A stretch of DNA of 64,000 bases from Escherichia coli. Its GTDB lineage: Bacteria > Pseudomonadota > Gammaproteobacteria > Enterobacterales > Enterobacteriaceae. Shown one piece after another: positions 60,901 through 64,000 of this stretch (positions within the stretch are counted from its first letter, which is position 1; each line of letters begins with the position of its first letter). A model generated the notes under the pieces. It did not search any database. It saw nothing but the letters and a program-made list of their open reading frames with translations, and was not told the DNA's origin. The position numbers and the translations under genes are program-made. Where the stretch lies: NCBI RefSeq assembly GCF_024502345.1, contig NZ_JALDNN010000001.1; one strand, written 5' to 3'.

Positions 60901-61283
60901 TGAAACAGTACCTTTTGTTCCGTGAATTTGAAGAACAGGTTGAAGCCCGTAAGCTCAGCGATATCCCGGATGCACTGGCGGTAAACAAGCATGCTCAGGC
61001 GTATTACGGTGTATTTAAAAAAGAGCTACCTGAGGTTTTTGCGGTAAACGACGTTCAGGTGCAGGATAAGTGGACGAAGCTGGCTTTTGAAGTGGACAAC
61101 ATTATCGTCAAAGCGGTGGCAGAAAACTCCCTGAACCCCCAGGACATTGAGAAAGTCGTTAAGACAAGTCTGCTACCACTGCTGTTTACGGCCTGCCGGG
61201 AAATTGGTGCCGGAATGAATCAGGTTAACCGTATTGTTGAAACCATCATCCAGATACTGCGCGTTGGTTTGATGAAATCATGA
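57996..61283 (+). CDS. hsdR: Type I restriction-modification system endonuclease/helicase subunit HsdR
   Basis: 1095-aa ORF; Walker A TGSGKS, DEAH-type motif VLVDEGHRSQ, helicase C region. Confidence 0.9.
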   Translation: MMNQTYTPKFQEEYSAKIPALTLLTSLGWTFLSPKQIMDYRGYKQDEVVLRPVLREELSKRSFMAGGKTCQLSEKALDNLISQVCSPALNEGLLKANERMYNHLLYGIAVTEFVDGKKVNPTIALIDWEHPENNQFHFTEEFTVLRSGGVETRRPDIVCFVNGIPLAVIEAKSPAGHGKKGPTIDEGISQSIRNQFNDEIPQLFVYSQLLLSINGHDGRYGTCHTPMKFWAAWREEDITDAQMYALRNHPLSTEQIHALFDHRPSADLNWYQQLIAAGELAVSGQDKLLISLLSPERLLEMTRFFTLFDKKTGKIVARYQQVFGIKRLLERISTRRPDGGREGGVIWHTTGSGKSYTMVFLSKALILHDSLKRCRIVVVTDRIDLEEQLSSTFASGGELAGKKDKANAMATSGQMLAKQIGSGKERIIFTLIQKFNSATKLPECVNTSPDIIVLVDEGHRSQGGENHVRMKLALPNAAFVAFTGTPLLKEDKTTNKFGPIVHAYTMQRAVEDKAVTPLLYEERIPDLEVNDRAIDAWFDRITDGLSEAQKADLKRKYARKGEVYSADDRIRLIALDIATHFSKNIDEGLKGQLACDSKISAIKYKKYLDEAGLFESAVVISPPDTREGNTEVDESKLPEVTKWWKDNVGTQDESVYTRNVISRFDTDEKLKLLIVVDKLLTGFDEPKNTVLYIDKPLKSHNLIQAIARVNRLHPLKKFGLLIDYRGILAELDTTIGKYQDLASRTQGGYDIKDIDGLYSAMSSEYKRLPHLYNQLWAIFAGVKNKNDTEQLRAVLVPKMEERDGEMVDIHQKTRDDFFEALTAFAGCLKVALQSATFFTDKSFTEQDRNLYKETVKQMSSLRQWAMQVSGEQVNYDDYAEQVKKLLDKHVTGVEVREPDGVYEVGKMGKSEKPEEWDNNKTRNETDIIKTRVTKMIEQELRDDPYAQEAFSKLLRMAIEEAEKLFDHPLKQYLLFREFEEQVEARKLSDIPDALAVNKHAQAYYGVFKKELPEVFAVNDVQVQDKWTKLAFEVDNIIVKAVAENSLNPQDIEKVVKTSLLPLLFTACREIGAGMNQVNRIVETIIQILRVGLMKS

Positions 61284-62035
61284 GTGAAAAAGAATCGCCA
61301 TCAATGAAAGCGTTACGCATTGTCTATGGTGATGAGGTCATCGTCGTACAGTGTGTTCCGCGTCAGGTCGTAAAGGGCAGGGTGCTCATTAAGGTTTATC
61401 CGGACTGCCGGGTTGTGGCCTCTGTACCGCCTGAAACACCGGAGCACGAGGTATTGTCTGCGCTGAAAAAACGTGGGCGCTGGATATACCAGCAACTGCG
61501 TGATTTCAGGGAGCAACAGATACACATTGTTCCGCGTCAGTATGTCAGCGGAGAAAGCCATTATTATCTCGGTAAGCAATATCAGTTGAAAGTGACAGAA
61601 GACGCTACTGTGCCGCAACGAGTGAAAATGTTGCGTGGACGTCTGGAAGTGACTGTCAGACACAAATCGGCAGAAAAGATTAAAGCCTTGCTGGCTGAAT
61701 GGTATCGGGAACGTGCCAGAGATGTTTTTCAGCGCAGGCTTGATTTACTGATTCCGCAGACCCTTTGGGTCAGTGAGCGTCCTCCGATACGTCTGCGGGC
61801 GATGCAAACGCAATGGGGCAACTGTTCAGCAAAAGGCTGTCTGACCCTGAATCCATGGCTGGTTAAGGCATCTTCAGAATGTATCGATTATGTTTTGCTA
61901 CATGAGTTATGCCATGTGGCTGAGCACAACCACAGCGAGGAGTTTTACCGTCTGATGGGACAGGTTATGCCGGGCTGGGAAAAGGTTAAGAAGCGACTGG
62001 ATGGTATGGCTGGGATGTTGTTGGCAGATATGTAA
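61280..62035 (+). CDS. YgjP-like (DUF45 / M48 family) zinc metallopeptidase, coupled to hsdR
   Basis: 251-aa ORF with HExxH motif (LLHELCHVAEHNH); start overlaps the hsdR stop (ATGA). Confidence 0.75.
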   Translation: MSEKESPSMKALRIVYGDEVIVVQCVPRQVVKGRVLIKVYPDCRVVASVPPETPEHEVLSALKKRGRWIYQQLRDFREQQIHIVPRQYVSGESHYYLGKQYQLKVTEDATVPQRVKMLRGRLEVTVRHKSAEKIKALLAEWYRERARDVFQRRLDLLIPQTLWVSERPPIRLRAMQTQWGNCSAKGCLTLNPWLVKASSECIDYVLLHELCHVAEHNHSEEFYRLMGQVMPGWEKVKKRLDGMAGMLLADM

Positions 62036-62060
62036 CTTATCAATATGAGTTCTTAAGAGT

Positions 62061-63932
62061 TTGGTCAGTCTCGTTAATGCAGGGAGTATAATAATGAGTA
62101 AGTTAGATAATAAAATTGAAGCACGCCATCGTAATTTGTTTGATGTTCTAAATGCGCAAAAATATACCGTTGATTACTTTCAGCGCGAGTATAGCTGGGG
62201 TGAGAAACATATTGAAGAGTTGGTTACAGACTTAACATCTGCGTTTCTCAATGAATACACAGTCGGTGATTCTCGGGAGCAGGGTGAAAACTACAATAAT
62301 TATTACTTAGGACCATTTGTTGTGAGTAGTAAAGATGGAAAGCGGAGTATTATTGATGGTCAGCAACGACTGACTTCATTAACTTTATTTCTAATTTACC
62401 TCCATAATCTTCAGAAAGAACTTAAATATGAAGAGAAAATAGAATCAATGATTTTCTCCGAGCTACGTGGCAGCAAATCATTCAATATAGTAGTTGAAGA
62501 CAGAATTCCTTGCATGGAAGCATTGTTTAATTTTGGTAGCTATAGTTTAGTTGATGGGGATGATGAGTCAACCCATAACATGGTGGAGAGATATCAGAAT
62601 ATCACAGATGCTTTTCCTGATGAGTTAAAAGGTCAGGCTTTTCCTTTTTTTATCGACTGGCTTAAGTATAACGTTATTATGGTTGAGATAGTCGCCTATT
62701 CAGATGAAAACGCATATACCATCTTTGAGACTATGAATGACCGAGGATTGAATCTTACTCCGTCCGAAATGCTTAAAGGTTTTTTACTTTCACGTTTTCA
62801 TCAGGGAGATAAACGCCAAAAGGCAAATGAACTCTGGAAAAAAGCGATGATGGATTTAAAAAGCTATGACAAAGATGAAGACCAACGTTTTTTCCAGTCA
62901 TGGTTGCGTGCTCAATATGCTGATACAATACGCCCGGGTAAAGCTGGTTCAAAAAATGAAGACTTTGAAAAAATAGGTACGCGTTTTCATAGCTGGGTTA
63001 GAGATAATCTTCAGGCGGTGGGATTGGACCCAGATAATGGTGAGACATTCGAACGATTTATACAAAAAAACTTTTTGTTTTATTTGAATGCCTATACACA
63101 AATACTGAATGCTGAGAGAGTATTAACGCACCAACTGGAATATGTATTTTATATCCACCATTGGGGTATTGCACCTACTTTAAGTTTTCCTTTGATGTTG
63201 GCTCCATTAAATGTAGGTGACAGTCCTGAGGCTGTGATAGCCAAAATAAACCTAGTGGCTCGCTATATTGAAACGTTTGTTGTTCGTCGTTCTGTTAATT
63301 TCCGAAAATTCTCTGCCAGTTCTATTCGTTACACAATGTACAGTCTTGTTAAAGAGATTCGTGGTAAAAGTTTTGAAGAATTAAAAGATTTATTATCTAA
63401 GAAGTTATCCGAAATGCCAGATACTTTTGCAGGAATGGAAGAGTTTCGTCTCCATGGTCAAAACTATCGTTTTGTGAAGTTTTTGCTTTCTCGTATAACT
63501 GCGTGGGTTGAGCAACAAGCCGGAATGAGTACAACCTTCATTACATATTATCAGCCAGAACACGGTAAGCCATTTGAAGTCGAGCATATTTGGGCCGATA
63601 AATATGAACGTTACTCTGATGAGTTTGAACAAGAGCACGAATTTAACAATTACAGAAATCGCTTAGGTGATTTGGTTTTATTACCTAGAGGCTCAAACCA
63701 GTCATATGGTGATTTGTGTTACGATCAAAAGCAACCTCATTACATCAAAGAGAATCTCCTGGCTAAATCGTTATGCCCATTGGCATATATGAATAACCCT
63801 AATTTCAATCAGTTGAGAAATGTATTCGGATTGCCTTTCAAACCACATGATTCATTTAAAAAACAAGATGTCGATGAACGACAGTCTTTGTATAAAATAA
63901 TTTGTGAGAATATTTGGGGCCATAATTTATAG
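62061..63932 (+). CDS. GmrSD-family Type IV restriction endonuclease (N-terminal DUF262 ParB-like domain, C-terminal DUF1524 HNH-like nuclease)
   Basis: 623-aa ORF; DUF262 signature IIDGQQRLTSL; C-terminal segment EVEHIWADKYERYSDEFEQEHEFNNYRNRLGDLVLLP. Confidence 0.75.
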   Translation: MVSLVNAGSIIMSKLDNKIEARHRNLFDVLNAQKYTVDYFQREYSWGEKHIEELVTDLTSAFLNEYTVGDSREQGENYNNYYLGPFVVSSKDGKRSIIDGQQRLTSLTLFLIYLHNLQKELKYEEKIESMIFSELRGSKSFNIVVEDRIPCMEALFNFGSYSLVDGDDESTHNMVERYQNITDAFPDELKGQAFPFFIDWLKYNVIMVEIVAYSDENAYTIFETMNDRGLNLTPSEMLKGFLLSRFHQGDKRQKANELWKKAMMDLKSYDKDEDQRFFQSWLRAQYADTIRPGKAGSKNEDFEKIGTRFHSWVRDNLQAVGLDPDNGETFERFIQKNFLFYLNAYTQILNAERVLTHQLEYVFYIHHWGIAPTLSFPLMLAPLNVGDSPEAVIAKINLVARYIETFVVRRSVNFRKFSASSIRYTMYSLVKEIRGKSFEELKDLLSKKLSEMPDTFAGMEEFRLHGQNYRFVKFLLSRITAWVEQQAGMSTTFITYYQPEHGKPFEVEHIWADKYERYSDEFEQEHEFNNYRNRLGDLVLLPRGSNQSYGDLCYDQKQPHYIKENLLAKSLCPLAYMNNPNFNQLRNVFGLPFKPHDSFKKQDVDERQSLYKIICENIWGHNL

Positions 63933-64000
63933 CAAAGTTGGGGTGTTAATTAATGTGTAATGGCATCATGATTTTTAAAAGGAGGTTGAATTGCGTTCTG

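Noticed and set aside
39205-64000. Search for a second direct copy of the leuZ 3' end (attR) within the window
   Set aside because: None recognised by eye at the gene-module junctions inspected; the element's distal end is presumed to lie beyond position 64000.

Overview
Enterobacterial (Escherichia coli-like) chromosomal segment. Positions 1-39270 are conserved core: yedI/yodC/dgcQ/yedP, the DsrA sRNA, dsrB, rcsA, the flagellar region fliR to fliE (minus strand) and fliDST/fliC/fliAZ, yedKFED/amyA, tcyJ-dcyD-tcyLN, sdiA, yecF, uvrYC, pgsA and the tRNA operon glyW-cysT-leuZ. The core is interrupted by three insertion sequences: an IS1 with no target-site duplication next to an IS200/IS605 remnant (truncated tnpA, full-length tnpB), and an IS903 with a perfect 9-bp duplication 131 bp upstream of uvrY. 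From leuZ (39204) to the window end lies a horizontally acquired, pipolin-type integrative element: a P4-like integrase next to the tRNA, a family-B DNA polymerase with the KTRG signature of primer-independent PolB, an AlpA-like excisionase, a second tyrosine recombinase, and defence cargo. The cargo comprises a Type I R-M operon (hsdM-hsdS-yecA-like-hsdR-M48 peptidase), a GmrSD-like Type IV restriction gene, a WYL/BrxR-like regulator paired with an alpha/beta hydrolase, and two large AT-rich ORFs of unknown function. The most likely undescribed systems are the regulator-hydrolase pair and the two AT-rich ORFs. The element's far boundary is outside the window. Gene names rest on recognising the translated ORFs and RNA sequences from memory; no database search was run.
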